From an uncultured bacterium (GTDB lineage Bacteria > SAR324 > NAC60-12), in contig CBFIGY010000032.1 in assembly GCA_965662235.1 (NCBI GenBank), forward strand, positions 1 to 32,562: a stretch of DNA of 32,562 bases, in the 5' to 3' direction. A model generated the notes under the pieces. That model was not told where the DNA came from. It did no database searches and worked only from the letters and a program-made list of their open reading frames with translations. Below, piece after piece: positions 9,277 to 19,597 of this stretch (its first letter is position 1; every line of letters begins with the position of its first letter). The position numbers and the translations under genes were made by a program.

Positions 9277-10181
9277 GGATCTACCTGCACCACATCGCCG
9301 CTGAGGATGGCCTCGCGGAACGCTTCCGGAACCGCACCCCAGGCGCTTTGCTCCAGGACCTCCACGAGGCTCAGCTGACCGACACGGTCGAAGGTCACCT
9401 GAGTGGGCCCGGACTCGGCCGTGGCGCGGTAGCTGCGACGGTAGATGCTCAGGGTGGCGCCTGGGACAATTCCCTTGTCCGTGTGCTCCTGGCCGAGGTT
9501 GATGAGGGCGTAGGCGCGGCTGCCACGGGTTTCGAGGATGAAGCCCTGAATGGGAAACGCCGTTCGGATCTTCTGTCCAAACTCCTGACGCAGTGGCACC
9601 GCCTGAGAGGCAATGAAGGTAAACTCTTCATCCAGACGCTTGGTGGGACGCAGCTGAGGCGTCTCTTCCGGATCGACCCGGTGGATCTTCAGGGTGACGT
9701 AGGTGCTCCAGTCCGACTCCTCCATGCGGGCCGGGCTCGGGGTCAGGCGCAGCAACGCAATGTAATCAGCCTTGAGGTACCGGCCCACGCCCAGAGCCGC
9801 CTCAATGCAGGTGTCGCTGGCCTGCAAGCGGCACTGGTCGGGAACGGAACGGAACTGGCTCAGGGAGAGGGTTTCAAGGACACGCTGGTCTGAGAGGATC
9901 TGGAATCCGGAAAACTCCTCCAACGTGGACTGAACAAAGGCGACACTGACGGCCCGGTGGTAGCGAGAGAGCTTGCCCACCTGCTGCACGGGCAAAAAGG
10001 CGATGGTCTCGGAGGACGGGCGGTAGATTTCCTCATCAGAGGGGTAGGTTGCCGAATGTTCCTCATCTAGGGCCTCCTGAGGAGTGTTGGCGTCAATCGT
10101 TGGGGTTCCTTGACACCCTCCGATGAGCAGCAGGAGCCCCAGGCCCCAGAGGGTCTGAATCAGATGACCTGAGCGTTGCAT
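9273..10181 (-). CDS. Hypothetical lipoprotein (CsgG/LpoB-like domain plus FlgT-C-like beta domain)
   Basis: Lipobox LLLIGGC; IAFLP..., GRYLKADYI segment; FPIQGFIL...LINLG...G..PG..L.IYR segment; ATGA overlap with ygfA. Domain calls are by eye. Confidence 0.7.
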   Translation of the reverse strand: MQRSGHLIQTLWGLGLLLLIGGCQGTPTIDANTPQEALDEEHSATYPSDEEIYRPSSETIAFLPVQQVGKLSRYHRAVSVAFVQSTLEEFSGFQILSDQRVLETLSLSQFRSVPDQCRLQASDTCIEAALGVGRYLKADYIALLRLTPSPARMEESDWSTYVTLKIHRVDPEETPQLRPTKRLDEEFTFIASQAVPLRQEFGQKIRTAFPIQGFILETRGSRAYALINLGQEHTDKGIVPGATLSIYRRSYRATAESGPTQVTFDRVGQLSLVEVLEQSAWGAVPEAFREAILSGDVVQVDP

Positions 10182-10398
10182 ACAGAATTTCCCCAATACG
10201 GCAAAGGGCGCAGTGAGAGAGCAACCGGACCCTCCTCATCACGGAGGTGCTGCCGCTTGGCAGAAGAGGAAGTTGCCCCAAAATCGTCCACGGTGCTTCC
10301 GGAAGCATCGGGCGCAGTGAGCGTCCGGGGAGGAGAGCCGTGGTGTGGCTTCAGCGGGAGAGGGGGGCGGTGGACCTGCGAAGGAATCAGGAGGGCGA

Positions 10399-10518
10399 AG
10401 GTCGAGCAGGGAGCCCGACCTGAGCGCCCCTGCAGACGAACGTCCGGATCCAACGAGGCTCGTGGAACCGAGCCCCAGGTGACGCGTGATGCGTTCCGGG
10501 GGACGTCCGTTGCAGGGG
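10399..10518. other. Cluster of inverted repeats downstream of ahcY
   Basis: 10427-10445 pairs with 10501-10518 (about 18 bp, one bulge) enclosing a 7-bp hairpin; a separate 9-bp hairpin at 10399-10421. Confidence 0.55.
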
Positions 10519-10527
10519 AAATCATGC

Positions 10528-11835
10528 TCAGTAGCGGTAGTGTTCCGGCTTGAAGGGGCCCGCTTCCGGGACGCCCAGGTAGTCTGATTGCTTCGAGGTC
10601 AGCTGCGTCAGCTTGACCCCAAGCTTACTCAGATGCAAGAGCGCGACCTTCTCATCCAGCTGTTTCGGGAGAATGTACACCTGGTTGCCGTATCCGTCTC
10701 CATTGGCCCAGAGGTCCATCTGTGCAAGGACCTGGTTGCAGAAGCTGTTGGACATGACAAACGCCGGGTGTCCGGTGGCACAGCCCAGGTTCACCAGCCG
10801 TCCCTCGGCCAGCAGGATCATCCGTTTGCCGTTGGGCCACACGTACTGATCGACCTGCGGCTTGATGTTGATCTTCTTCAGGTCCGGATCGTTGTTGAGG
10901 GAAGCCACGTCGATTTCAATGTCAAAGTGCCCGATGTTGCAGACGATGGCTTGGTCCTTCATGGCGTCCATGTGCTCGCGACGGATGATGTCGCAGCAGC
11001 CCGTGGTGGTGACAAAGATGTCGCCTTCCGGAGCCGCATCTTCCATGGTGGTCACCTCGTAGCCGGCCATGGCGGCCTGCAGGGCGCAGATGGGGTCGAT
11101 TTCAGTCACCTTGACGCGGGCTCCCTGAGAGCGCAGGGACTCGGCAGAGCCCTTGCCGACGTCTCCGAATCCGGCCACCACAGCAACCTTCCCTGCCAGC
11201 ATGACGTCTGTGGCGCGCTTGATGCCGTCCACTAGGGACTCACGGCAGCCATAGAGGTTGTCAAATTTACTCTTGGTTACGGAGTCGTTGACGTTGTAGG
11301 CCGGGAGCTTGAGGGTGCCCTTTTGGGCCATCTGATGAAGCCGGTGCACACCCGTGGTCGTCTCTTCAGAAACGCCCTTGATGCCCGGAAGCAGGTCTGA
11401 ACGCTTTTCGTGGACAAACAGCGTGAGGTCTCCGCCGTCGTCCAGCAGCAGGTTCGGTCCCTGGTCGCCCGACCACTTCAGGGTCTGCTCAATGCACCAC
11501 CAGTACTCCTCCTCGGTCATGCCCTTCCACGCAAAGACCGGAACCCCGGTGGCGGCAATCGCAGCAGCGGCTTCATCCTGAGTGGAAAAAATGTTGCATG
11601 AAGACCACCGCACCTCTGCACCCAGGTGGGTCAGGGTCTCAATCAACACCGCCGTCTCCACGGTCATGTGCAACGACCCGGTGATGCGAGCGCCCTGCAG
11701 CGGTTGCTGATCCCCATACTCCTCGCGGAGGGCCATCAGTCCTGGCATCTCGCTTTCGGCGATGGTGATCTTTTTTCGACCCAACTCAGCCAGGCTGATG
11801 TCGGCCACTTTGTAATCTTGCGCTTGGGCACTCAT
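10528..11835 (-). CDS. ahcY: Adenosylhomocysteinase (SAH hydrolase), short form
   Basis: [87 protein letters not shown]. Confidence 0.98.
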   Translation of the reverse strand: MSAQAQDYKVADISLAELGRKKITIAESEMPGLMALREEYGDQQPLQGARITGSLHMTVETAVLIETLTHLGAEVRWSSCNIFSTQDEAAAAIAATGVPVFAWKGMTEEEYWWCIEQTLKWSGDQGPNLLLDDGGDLTLFVHEKRSDLLPGIKGVSEETTTGVHRLHQMAQKGTLKLPAYNVNDSVTKSKFDNLYGCRESLVDGIKRATDVMLAGKVAVVAGFGDVGKGSAESLRSQGARVKVTEIDPICALQAAMAGYEVTTMEDAAPEGDIFVTTTGCCDIIRREHMDAMKDQAIVCNIGHFDIEIDVASLNNDPDLKKINIKPQVDQYVWPNGKRMILLAEGRLVNLGCATGHPAFVMSNSFCNQVLAQMDLWANGDGYGNQVYILPKQLDEKVALLHLSKLGVKLTQLTSKQSDYLGVPEAGPFKPEHYRY

Positions 11836-12066
11836 ACGGACTCCGTTGATTCTGAATAGGCAGTGAAAAGAAAAACGCTATCATCACAGGATTTCCCCCA
11901 AAGCTCAAGAATCAAATCACTAAATGCGGATGCAATGATTTATCGCTCTCGTGAGCCTACGCTTGCGGTCTGAAGTGGTTAACGTTATGAAAGAAGCCCC
12001 AAACCGACTCTCCTTTCCGAACCCAGGCGGCGGACGCCGGGGACGGCTCAACCGAAGTGATGGCGC

Positions 12067-13599
12067 ATGAAACCGAAAAACCAGGCTCCGAAGAAACGTC
12101 GACGCACGGCTCCTCGCAACCCTCCTCCGCAGAGTCGACTCAGCAGCGTCCGTCAGGAGAAGCCGTTTGAGCGTCAGATGCTCACGAAGCGGCACATCGC
12201 CCTCATTGCCGGGAGTGTGTTTCTTGGAGTGTTCTTCTTGACGGGTTGGACGCAGCTGGCCCTGGAGGAGGGGTTGAGTCCGGAGGGTGTGTCGGGATTG
12301 GACGCGGCGCGGCAGGAGGCCACGAGTCTGCTGCAGCACGGCGTGACGCCGGATTCAGAGGCGTTTCAGAGCTTCCTGGCCGAGCCCTTTCCCGGCATCT
12401 TGCGGCTCGAGTTTCGGCCGGATTCTGCGGGAGTGGAGCACGTCGCTGGCGAGTTTTCGATTCCGCTTAGTGAGCAGGGGGTGTCCGGAAGCCTGATTGC
12501 GGTTCCGGAGCATGGGTTGGGACAAAACTGGCCCATCCGTTTGCTCCTCAGCATCGGGGCCTCTCTGATTGTGATTGCGCTGTGGTTGCAGCTGCAGGCC
12601 CGGAAGGTGACCCAGCAGGTGGACATCCTTTGCCGTCAGTTTGTCCTGTACCGACGGGAACAGGAGCCCGGGGACATGAACCTAGAAGGACGGCGGGAGC
12701 CACGGACGACCCTGGAACGTCGTGTGGATGTGCTGCAGGAACTGTGGGGACGGTTTCAGTCCATGCAGTCTGAACTGGCCCACAATGTCCGGGAGCTGGA
12801 GCAGTCTAAGCTGCAGCTGGAGAGCACGGTGGAGGACCTGCATCAGGCACAGAAGCAGGAGCGGCGCCTTGTGGAGCTGGGGTACGCGGTGGCGGAATTC
12901 GGGCACGACATCGGCAACACGAACGGCTCCATCATGACCTTCACGACGCTGCTGCTGCAGATGCTCAGCAAGGAAGAGGTCTCGCCCATGGAACGCGTCC
13001 GGGCCCTGACCTACATCCGCCGGGTCAGTCAGTCTTCTGTGAACATCAAGGGACTCACGGAGGACATCTTGGAGTTTGCGAACGGACGGGTGGCGCTAAA
13101 GGAGGAGGTCTTTGAGTTTGAGGAGTTTGAGTCGCAGCTGGACGCTTACCTCGGATTTGTGGACAGTGTGCCGGTGGACTACTGCATTCCCCCGCAACAC
13201 GTCAACCTGCGCTTCAAGGTCGATGGACGCAAGCTGATCCGGGTCATTGTCAACCTGGTCAAGAACGCCTGGGAGAAGCTCCGCGAGGTCGAGGGCGGAC
13301 ACATTGAGATCCGGTTCATTCCCTCTCAAAGTGACCTGATCATTCAGGTGGTCGACAACGGGGATCCCATTCCTGGAACCCTCCTCGCCAAGCTCTTTGA
13401 GCCGTTCCAGACGCAGGGCAAGGAACGAGGAACCGGCTTGGGGCTGGCCATCAGCCGCAAGATGGTGGAGCTCCATGAAGGGAACATCGAGGCCCGAAAC
13501 CTTCCGGTCGATGCCGGGGTCGTCTTCCAGATCAACCTTCCGGGGCGAGTCCTTCCTGAAGTGCAACCCGTGTCTTCACCGGTTGCGGTCCACTCCTGA
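12067..13599 (+). CDS. Membrane sensor histidine kinase (no adjacent response regulator)
   Basis: Two TM segments, coiled coil, H-box EFGHDIGN, N-box NLVKNA, DNG, FEPF, GTGLGLAI. Start could be ATG 12178. Confidence 0.9.
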   Translation: MKPKNQAPKKRRRTAPRNPPPQSRLSSVRQEKPFERQMLTKRHIALIAGSVFLGVFFLTGWTQLALEEGLSPEGVSGLDAARQEATSLLQHGVTPDSEAFQSFLAEPFPGILRLEFRPDSAGVEHVAGEFSIPLSEQGVSGSLIAVPEHGLGQNWPIRLLLSIGASLIVIALWLQLQARKVTQQVDILCRQFVLYRREQEPGDMNLEGRREPRTTLERRVDVLQELWGRFQSMQSELAHNVRELEQSKLQLESTVEDLHQAQKQERRLVELGYAVAEFGHDIGNTNGSIMTFTTLLLQMLSKEEVSPMERVRALTYIRRVSQSSVNIKGLTEDILEFANGRVALKEEVFEFEEFESQLDAYLGFVDSVPVDYCIPPQHVNLRFKVDGRKLIRVIVNLVKNAWEKLREVEGGHIEIRFIPSQSDLIIQVVDNGDPIPGTLLAKLFEPFQTQGKERGTGLGLAISRKMVELHEGNIEARNLPVDAGVVFQINLPGRVLPEVQPVSSPVAVHS

Positions 13600-13626
13600 C
13601 TCAGGAGTGGAACCCCCCACTCTGCA

Positions 13627-13824
13627 TTAGGCTGGAATCAACCAGTCGGCCGTGGTCACCGGACGCTCAAACGAAAACCGCGTCCGCGTTCCCGTGTGCT
13701 GCTCCTCCATCATCATGAAATCCAAATCATACAGAAAGGACTGAACGGCACGGTTGACGCGCTGTTCAAAGTCCTTGGACTGCACTTGGCTTTGCAGGGC
13801 GGCGTCGAGATTTTGCAAGTACAT
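13627..13824 (-). CDS. Small hypothetical protein (65 aa)
   Basis: Strong RBS GAGGAG 6 nt before ATG 13824; MYLQNLDAALQSQV...WLIPA. Confidence 0.65.
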   Translation of the reverse strand: MYLQNLDAALQSQVQSKDFEQRVNRAVQSFLYDLDFMMMEEQHTGTRTRFSFERPVTTADWLIPA

Positions 13825-14260
13825 GATCGTCTCCTCTTGAGGACGTTCCAAAAACCAGCCGGGGCGTCCGTGCCCCAACTGCAGAAAACCTTAGCTCCCT
13901 TATCGGCAGGGCTTCACAAAACTTGAGCGGTTTTTTGAATTTTTTCCTCCAGAGCTCCGGTTCCTGCCCGCTAGGGCCGTATCAGAACGGGTTCGGCCTT
14001 TTCTGAAAATGGGTAATTTCACGGAGCCTCCCCCCAGCGAGAACGGCTGTTTTGAGCAAAAATACAAGAAACGGTCGCAAATGTAATAGCGAGGCCCCGT
14101 CGATCTCCCTAAGGTTAATCCCTTCGAGTGAAACAAACTTCCGTTGTCACTTTTGGGAGCCCGGGAGAACGTCTGGTTCATTCGGGTGTATGGCTTCTTG
14201 CAGGACGCGCTGCGTCCGGAGGAGTTCCCTGAACGCTAATTCATCTCAAAGGAGCATCTT

Positions 14261-15499
14261 ATGAAGAAGAACCGTGCCCTTCGATGGCTCTTGGCAGCCT
14301 CGTTCAGCCTGGTCTCTTTTGCCCCGGCCTGGGCGGCTGACTGTGTACACAAGATTGGAGGACTGGCGCCTCTGTCTGCGCCCGGATCCGTTACAGGCGG
14401 AGAGGCCATGCGTGACGCCATGATGCTGGCGGAGCGAGACGTCAACGCCGCTGGTGGCGTGTTGGGGTGTGACCTGAAGGTGGTGATCACCGACACCGAG
14501 GGACTTCCTGAGAAGGCGACCGCGATGATGGAGAAGCTGATCACCCAAGAAGGCGTTGTGGGCGTCGCTGGGGGCTATCACAGCTCCGTGGGCGTGGCCT
14601 CCAAGGACGTTGCGAACGCCCGGGGCATTCCGGTCGTCTTCGCTGAAACCTGGAACGACACCATCACCGGAGACAAGCAGAAGTACATCTTCCGCATCGC
14701 CCCCCTAAGCTCCTGGGCTTCCGGAGTGATCTGGCAGTTTGCCGCACAGGCGCCCGACGTGAAGAAGGTGACCATTGTCACGGAGAACACCGACTACGGC
14801 ATTCCGGCTGCTAAGGAGTGCGAGCAGGGCCTCGGTGGCCGCGGAATTGAGTCGGTGACCTTTGGCGTGGACATCGGTACCCAGGACTTCGCCGGCATTG
14901 TGGAGCGGGTGAAGGCAGAGAATCCGGACTACGTCATCGTCCTCCTCACCGGAGAGGCAGGCTATAACTTCACGCAGCAGGCGGCAGACGCCGGCATTGG
15001 TCCGATGGACATCAAGTTCCATGCGAACCAAGCGGGTCTGGAGAGCAAGGCCTGGTGGGAAAACGTTCCGGACGGCAACATGGCCTTCATGGCGCGGATC
15101 GGCATTCCGGAGAGCATGTACAACGCTCGCGCCAAGAAGTTTGCCAATGACTATAAGGCCAAGACCGGCAAAACCGGTGTGGAAAGCTACGCACTGGAGG
15201 CTTATGACTCCGTGGGGGTGCTGGCTCAGGCCATCAACGATGCCGGCTCCACCGATGGGGACGCCATTGTGAAGGCCCTGGAAAACGTCTCCTACGACGG
15301 TGTTCTGGGACGCATCTACTTCCCGTATGGGACGCAGAAGGATCCGTCGGCAGACGGCAAGGGGGACGAGTGGTGGCACCAGTGGCCCGACGTCGCCATC
15401 ACCATGGTCCAGTACCAGGTGGAAGGCGAGGCCTCCAGCGGCATGACCATTGTCTATCCGGACGCGTACAAGACGGGTGAGCCCAAGTACGTCGACTGA
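14261..15499 (+). CDS. ABC transporter substrate-binding protein (LivK/LivJ family)
   Basis: Signal peptide ending AWA; GGVLG, GGYHSSV, YIFR, ENTDYG, QDF, AYDSV motifs; RBS AAGGAG. Confidence 0.93.
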   Translation: MKKNRALRWLLAASFSLVSFAPAWAADCVHKIGGLAPLSAPGSVTGGEAMRDAMMLAERDVNAAGGVLGCDLKVVITDTEGLPEKATAMMEKLITQEGVVGVAGGYHSSVGVASKDVANARGIPVVFAETWNDTITGDKQKYIFRIAPLSSWASGVIWQFAAQAPDVKKVTIVTENTDYGIPAAKECEQGLGGRGIESVTFGVDIGTQDFAGIVERVKAENPDYVIVLLTGEAGYNFTQQAADAGIGPMDIKFHANQAGLESKAWWENVPDGNMAFMARIGIPESMYNARAKKFANDYKAKTGKTGVESYALEAYDSVGVLAQAINDAGSTDGDAIVKALENVSYDGVLGRIYFPYGTQKDPSADGKGDEWWHQWPDVAITMVQYQVEGEASSGMTIVYPDAYKTGEPKYVD

Positions 15500-15509
15500 G
15501 CATGAGTGC

Positions 15510-15536
15510 ACGTGGTGGCTCCGGGAGTCACCACGT
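15510..15536 (+). terminator. Stem-loop after the binding-protein gene (mRNA stabiliser or leaky terminator)
   Basis: ACGTGGTGGCTC-CGG-GAGTCACCACGT, 12-bp stem with one G-U, short T run. Confidence 0.65.
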
Positions 15537-15580
15537 TTCCTGCCACCTCCCTTCCGTAACTCCTCACGTTTAGTGGTTCA

Positions 15581-16849
15581 ATGGAATTCTCATCCATCTT
15601 CTGGTGGACAACCCTCTGGCTTCTGTTTTGGGGAGTTGTAGGAAGTTTTGGGACGCGTCGGATCTACCTGAAGAAGGATCTGGACACGTCCAACGCGGTC
15701 CTCATGGGGTCGCTGGTGGGCGCAGCCTTGGGGCCTGTGGGCCTGATTCCGCTCTGGCAAAAGACCCCTGAAAGCTCCACCCGCCTGATTGCCATCCCCT
15801 CATTGATGATTGTGGGGATCCTCATGGTGGCATTTGCCTGGGCGGATCCTCAGAACAACTGTGTGGCCAACGGCTCGTTTGTCCTCTCACAGTTTACCAA
15901 TGGCCTGATCATCGGCATCATCTACGGACTGATGGCGCTGGGCCTGACGTTGATTTTTTCCATTTTGGGCATTGTCAGCTTCGCTCACGGCGAGTTCTAC
16001 ATGATCGGGGGCATGCTGACGTACTACGTAACCGTTGTTTGGATTCCGGGACTGTCTCCGATCCTTGGCATCCTCTTCGCGTGTGCTGGAACCTTTTTGC
16101 TGGGGGCCTTGTTTGAGCGCCTCTTCCTCACCCCCATGTACGATGGGCGCATTGAGCGTCCTGTGGAATACGGCATCCTCGTCACCTTCGGACTGGCGTT
16201 CACGCTGCAGTACTTTGTGCAGGCGGTGGCCGGCTCCAATCCGGTGAAAGCGCGGCGCTTCTTCGACTTCCCCCGCCTGCGTCTGCCCTCAAAGGAGGAC
16301 CCGTGGCTGATCAAGACCAGCCGGGGCAACATGGAGCTGTTTGACACCCTTTCCATCTCCAACCCCCGCTTTGTGGCTGCAGTGATCTCCATCCTGGTGC
16401 TGCTGTCGCTGCTCTTCTTCCTCTACAAGACCTGGACGGGCAAGGCGCTACGGGCGGTCAGTCAGGACCGAGAGGCCGCGGCCATTGCGGGCATCAACCC
16501 CCACCGCATGAACATGCTGGCGTTTGCCATGGGGGGAATGATCGCTGGACTTTCAGGCGCCACCCTGGTGCAGGCCTTTTCTTGGTTGCCGCAGGTGGGG
16601 ATGATCCCGGCCATGCGTTCGTTTGTGATTGTGGTCCTCGGAGGCCTGGGCTCGCTCCCAGGGGCGTTCCTGGGCGGCGTCATCATTGGGCTGGTGGAAG
16701 CCGCCGGCACCGGGTGCATTCCGGATCCACAGAAAGCCTCTTCTTACATCCCCGCCTACGGCATGATCGTCCTGACCCTGACCCTCTTGCTGCGTCCGAC
16801 CGGCTTGATGGGACGGCGCTTTGCCAGTGGAACGCACGGAAAAGTATGA
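15581..16849 (+). CDS. livH: HAAT-family ABC permease (LivH-like) with N-terminal membrane extension
   Basis: NGLIIG.IYGLMALGLTLIF, FAHGEFYMIG, TGKALRAVSQD, FVIVVLGGLGS.PGA, LRPTGL. Confidence 0.9.
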   Translation: MEFSSIFWWTTLWLLFWGVVGSFGTRRIYLKKDLDTSNAVLMGSLVGAALGPVGLIPLWQKTPESSTRLIAIPSLMIVGILMVAFAWADPQNNCVANGSFVLSQFTNGLIIGIIYGLMALGLTLIFSILGIVSFAHGEFYMIGGMLTYYVTVVWIPGLSPILGILFACAGTFLLGALFERLFLTPMYDGRIERPVEYGILVTFGLAFTLQYFVQAVAGSNPVKARRFFDFPRLRLPSKEDPWLIKTSRGNMELFDTLSISNPRFVAAVISILVLLSLLFFLYKTWTGKALRAVSQDREAAAIAGINPHRMNMLAFAMGGMIAGLSGATLVQAFSWLPQVGMIPAMRSFVIVVLGGLGSLPGAFLGGVIIGLVEAAGTGCIPDPQKASSYIPAYGMIVLTLTLLLRPTGLMGRRFASGTHGKV

Positions 16850-18060
16850 CCCGACAGCAAACGCTCTGGCTGATCAGCATTGGTCTGGTGGCCTTCTTCC
16901 TGTTCTTCCCGTTTCTGTATGGCGGGCAGGATTACGACTACATCATGCACATCTGCATCACCGGATTCTTCTACGCGATCCTGGCGTCCAGCTGGTCGAT
17001 GCTGGCCGGATACGGGGGGCAGTTTTCGTTTGGGCACATGGGCTTCATGGGACTGGGAGCGTACGGAACCGCGCTGTTCAGTCACTACTTCTTCCTCTCT
17101 CCGCAGCCGACCAACCTGTGCACCGAGTACGCGTTTGGCGACCAGTACCTCATCATCAAGGATGCCGTTGGCGTCACCTCCAGCACCCTTGCGCAGGACT
17201 GCCTGACCAAGGCCATGGACGCTTGGGGCGGAACCGTGGAGATCACCCCCATGCCGCTCTGGCTGGGGATCCTCTTGGGCACCGTGCTCGGGGGACTCTT
17301 CGGGCTGCTGATTGGACTTCTGGTGCTGCGGCTACGGGCGGCGTACTTGGCGCTTTTCACGCTCGGGTTCTCTGAGATCCTGCGGGCGGCGATCAGCGCA
17401 GAGATCGAAATCACCCGGGGCCAGGCAGGCATTGAACTGCCTCAGCTCTTTGAAGGGGGCGTGACGTGGTTTGGGCATGAGTTCAGCCAGACCGACAAGA
17501 TTCCGCCCTACTTTGTGATGTTTGCGCTGCTGCTCTTCTGCCTGGGCGTGCTGGCGTGGCTGGCCCGGTCCCGGTTTGGACTGTTTGTCCGGGCCCTCCG
17601 GGAGGATGAAGATGCCGCCGCCGCGCTCGGAATCAACACGATCCGCTACAAGATCCTGGTCTTTGTCATCACTTCGATGATGGCCGCCCTCGCAGGTGCT
17701 GTGCAGGCCCACTACATCGGCATCATCACCCCCAACAACCTCATCATTTTGCAGATGAGCCTGGTGGTGGCGATGGCCGTGATTGGCGGGCTGGAAAACT
17801 TCGCTGCCGCGGCCATTGGCGCCATCATCATCGAGTTCATTCTGGAGCTGCTCCGGAACAGCTTTGTCATCGGAGGCGTGGAAGTGGACATGACCATCTG
17901 GCGGCTCGTGTTCTTCGGGGTCCTCCTGATGGTGACCCTGCGGTTCTACCGAAACGGCCTCATCACTCCGATCATTGAATACTTCACCCGAGCGCATGTG
18001 GCCTCCGAGACCGTCGCCAAACGCCAGCGGGGCAACTCGTCGACTTCGGTGCCATCATGA
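16846..18060 (+). CDS. livM: HAAT-family ABC permease (LivM-like)
   Basis: True start ATG 16846 (ATGA overlap); GYGGQFSFGH, LRLRAAYLAL.TL.F.EI, SRFG...RALREDE.AA..LGIN, IGG. Confidence 0.9.
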   Translation: MTRQQTLWLISIGLVAFFLFFPFLYGGQDYDYIMHICITGFFYAILASSWSMLAGYGGQFSFGHMGFMGLGAYGTALFSHYFFLSPQPTNLCTEYAFGDQYLIIKDAVGVTSSTLAQDCLTKAMDAWGGTVEITPMPLWLGILLGTVLGGLFGLLIGLLVLRLRAAYLALFTLGFSEILRAAISAEIEITRGQAGIELPQLFEGGVTWFGHEFSQTDKIPPYFVMFALLLFCLGVLAWLARSRFGLFVRALREDEDAAAALGINTIRYKILVFVITSMMAALAGAVQAHYIGIITPNNLIILQMSLVVAMAVIGGLENFAAAAIGAIIIEFILELLRNSFVIGGVEVDMTIWRLVFFGVLLMVTLRFYRNGLITPIIEYFTRAHVASETVAKRQRGNSSTSVPS

Positions 18061-18827
18061 TTGAACTCTCAGTCAAGAATCTGAAAAAACGCTTCGGGGG
18101 TCTGCAAGTCCTCAAGGGCGTGTCGTTTGACGTCAGTGGTCCCGAAATGATTGGCCTGATTGGACCAAATGGTGCTGGCAAGACGACCCTGACCAACATC
18201 CTCGATGGCGCCATCAAGCCCAGCAGCGGCACCGTGTACCTCAATGGAGAACGGATCGATCAGCTCGCTCCGTTTGAGGTTGCCCGGGCTGGGCTGGGCC
18301 GGACCTTTCAGGTGACACGTTCCTTCCGGCGGATGACGGTGCTGGAGAACCTCTTTGTGCCCGCGCTGGCCAAGGACCTGACGGCAAGCCGGAGCGAGGT
18401 GCTGCCGAAGGCCATGGAGGTGTTGGAGTTCCTCACCATCGACCACCTGCGCAACGAGTACGCTCAGGCCCTCTCCGGAGGTCAGCAGAAGCTGCTGGAA
18501 CTCGGGCGTCTGCTGATGCTGGATCCAGACATCATCATTCTGGATGAGCCCTTTGCCGGCGTGCACCCCAAGCTGATGGAAGTCATCTATGGCTACATCC
18601 GGCGGGTCAATGACGCCGGGAAGGCCATCATCCTCATCAGCCACCAGATGGACTCCATCTTCTCCCTCTGCAACCGCCTGCTGGTTCTCAACTACGGGGA
18701 CCTGATTGCCGACGGCTCCCCGGAGGACGTCAAGAAGGACCCTGCAGTCATTGAAGCCTACCTGGGCAGTGACGAGGACGAGTCTGAACCGTCCCGCTCT
18801 TCCACCCCTTCGCCAACACAGGAATGA
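18057..18827 (+). CDS. livG: ABC ATP-binding protein (LivG-like)
   Basis: KRFGGL, GPNGAGKTT, RTFQ, LSGGQQK, LDEP.AG, VIEAYLG. Confidence 0.93.
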   Translation: MIELSVKNLKKRFGGLQVLKGVSFDVSGPEMIGLIGPNGAGKTTLTNILDGAIKPSSGTVYLNGERIDQLAPFEVARAGLGRTFQVTRSFRRMTVLENLFVPALAKDLTASRSEVLPKAMEVLEFLTIDHLRNEYAQALSGGQQKLLELGRLLMLDPDIIILDEPFAGVHPKLMEVIYGYIRRVNDAGKAIILISHQMDSIFSLCNRLLVLNYGDLIADGSPEDVKKDPAVIEAYLGSDEDESEPSRSSTPSPTQE

Positions 18828-19564
18828 TGCCGGCACAACGCTCCGGAGAAGCGGTTCTTGATATCCAGAACCTATACGTGGGATACTACCGAGACCTGAA
18901 CATCTTGCAGGACCTCAGCGTGGTGGCACGTCCCAAGAGCATCACCACCATCCTGGGGGCCAACGGGGTCGGCAAGTCAACGGCCCTGAAGGCGGCCTTC
19001 GGGTTCCTGCGTCCCAATCAGGGGGAGATCCTTCTGGACGGCGAAAGCATCCTCGACATCCCGACGCACCAGCGTATCCTCAAGGGGCTGGCGTACATTC
19101 CTCAGCAGCCGGGGGTCTTCAAGGACATGACGGTGGAGGAAAACCTAGAGCTTGGGGGCTGGACCTTCCGGGGCGACAAGAAGCAGGTTCGGGAAAAAAT
19201 TGAGGCCAATTACGAACGCTTTCCCATCCTCAAGGAAAAGCGTCGTCAGGTGACCGGAGAACTCTCTGGCGGACAGCAACGGATGGTGGAGATCAGCCGG
19301 ACGCTGATGGCAGACCCGAAGGTGCTGCTGGTGGATGAGCCCACCGCCGGACTCTCCAAGATGCTCGCAGAGGAGGTCTATGAGATGCTCAAGATGCTGG
19401 CCACTGTGGATGAGCTGACCATCCTCCTCGTCGATCAGGAAATCCGGCATGCCCTCAAGATTGCCGACTACGTCTATGTGCTCGAGCTGGGGCGCAACAA
19501 ATTTGAAGGTCCCGCTTCTGACTTCACCGATCTGGAGCAGGCATTCTGGGTCGGGGACTCGTGA
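18824..19564 (+). CDS. livF: ABC ATP-binding protein (LivF-like)
   Basis: GANGVGKST, MTVEENL.LG, LSGGQQRM, DEPTAGL. Confidence 0.93.
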   Translation: MMPAQRSGEAVLDIQNLYVGYYRDLNILQDLSVVARPKSITTILGANGVGKSTALKAAFGFLRPNQGEILLDGESILDIPTHQRILKGLAYIPQQPGVFKDMTVEENLELGGWTFRGDKKQVREKIEANYERFPILKEKRRQVTGELSGGQQRMVEISRTLMADPKVLLVDEPTAGLSKMLAEEVYEMLKMLATVDELTILLVDQEIRHALKIADYVYVLELGRNKFEGPASDFTDLEQAFWVGDS

Positions 19565-19597
19565 ACTGAAACCCCATTTCTCCTCCAGGAGGCCCTC

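Noticed and set aside
11836..12066. SAH or SAM riboswitch upstream of ahcY
   Set aside because: The conserved SAH riboswitch elements (GAGGAGCG...CAGGC.CG) are not visible.
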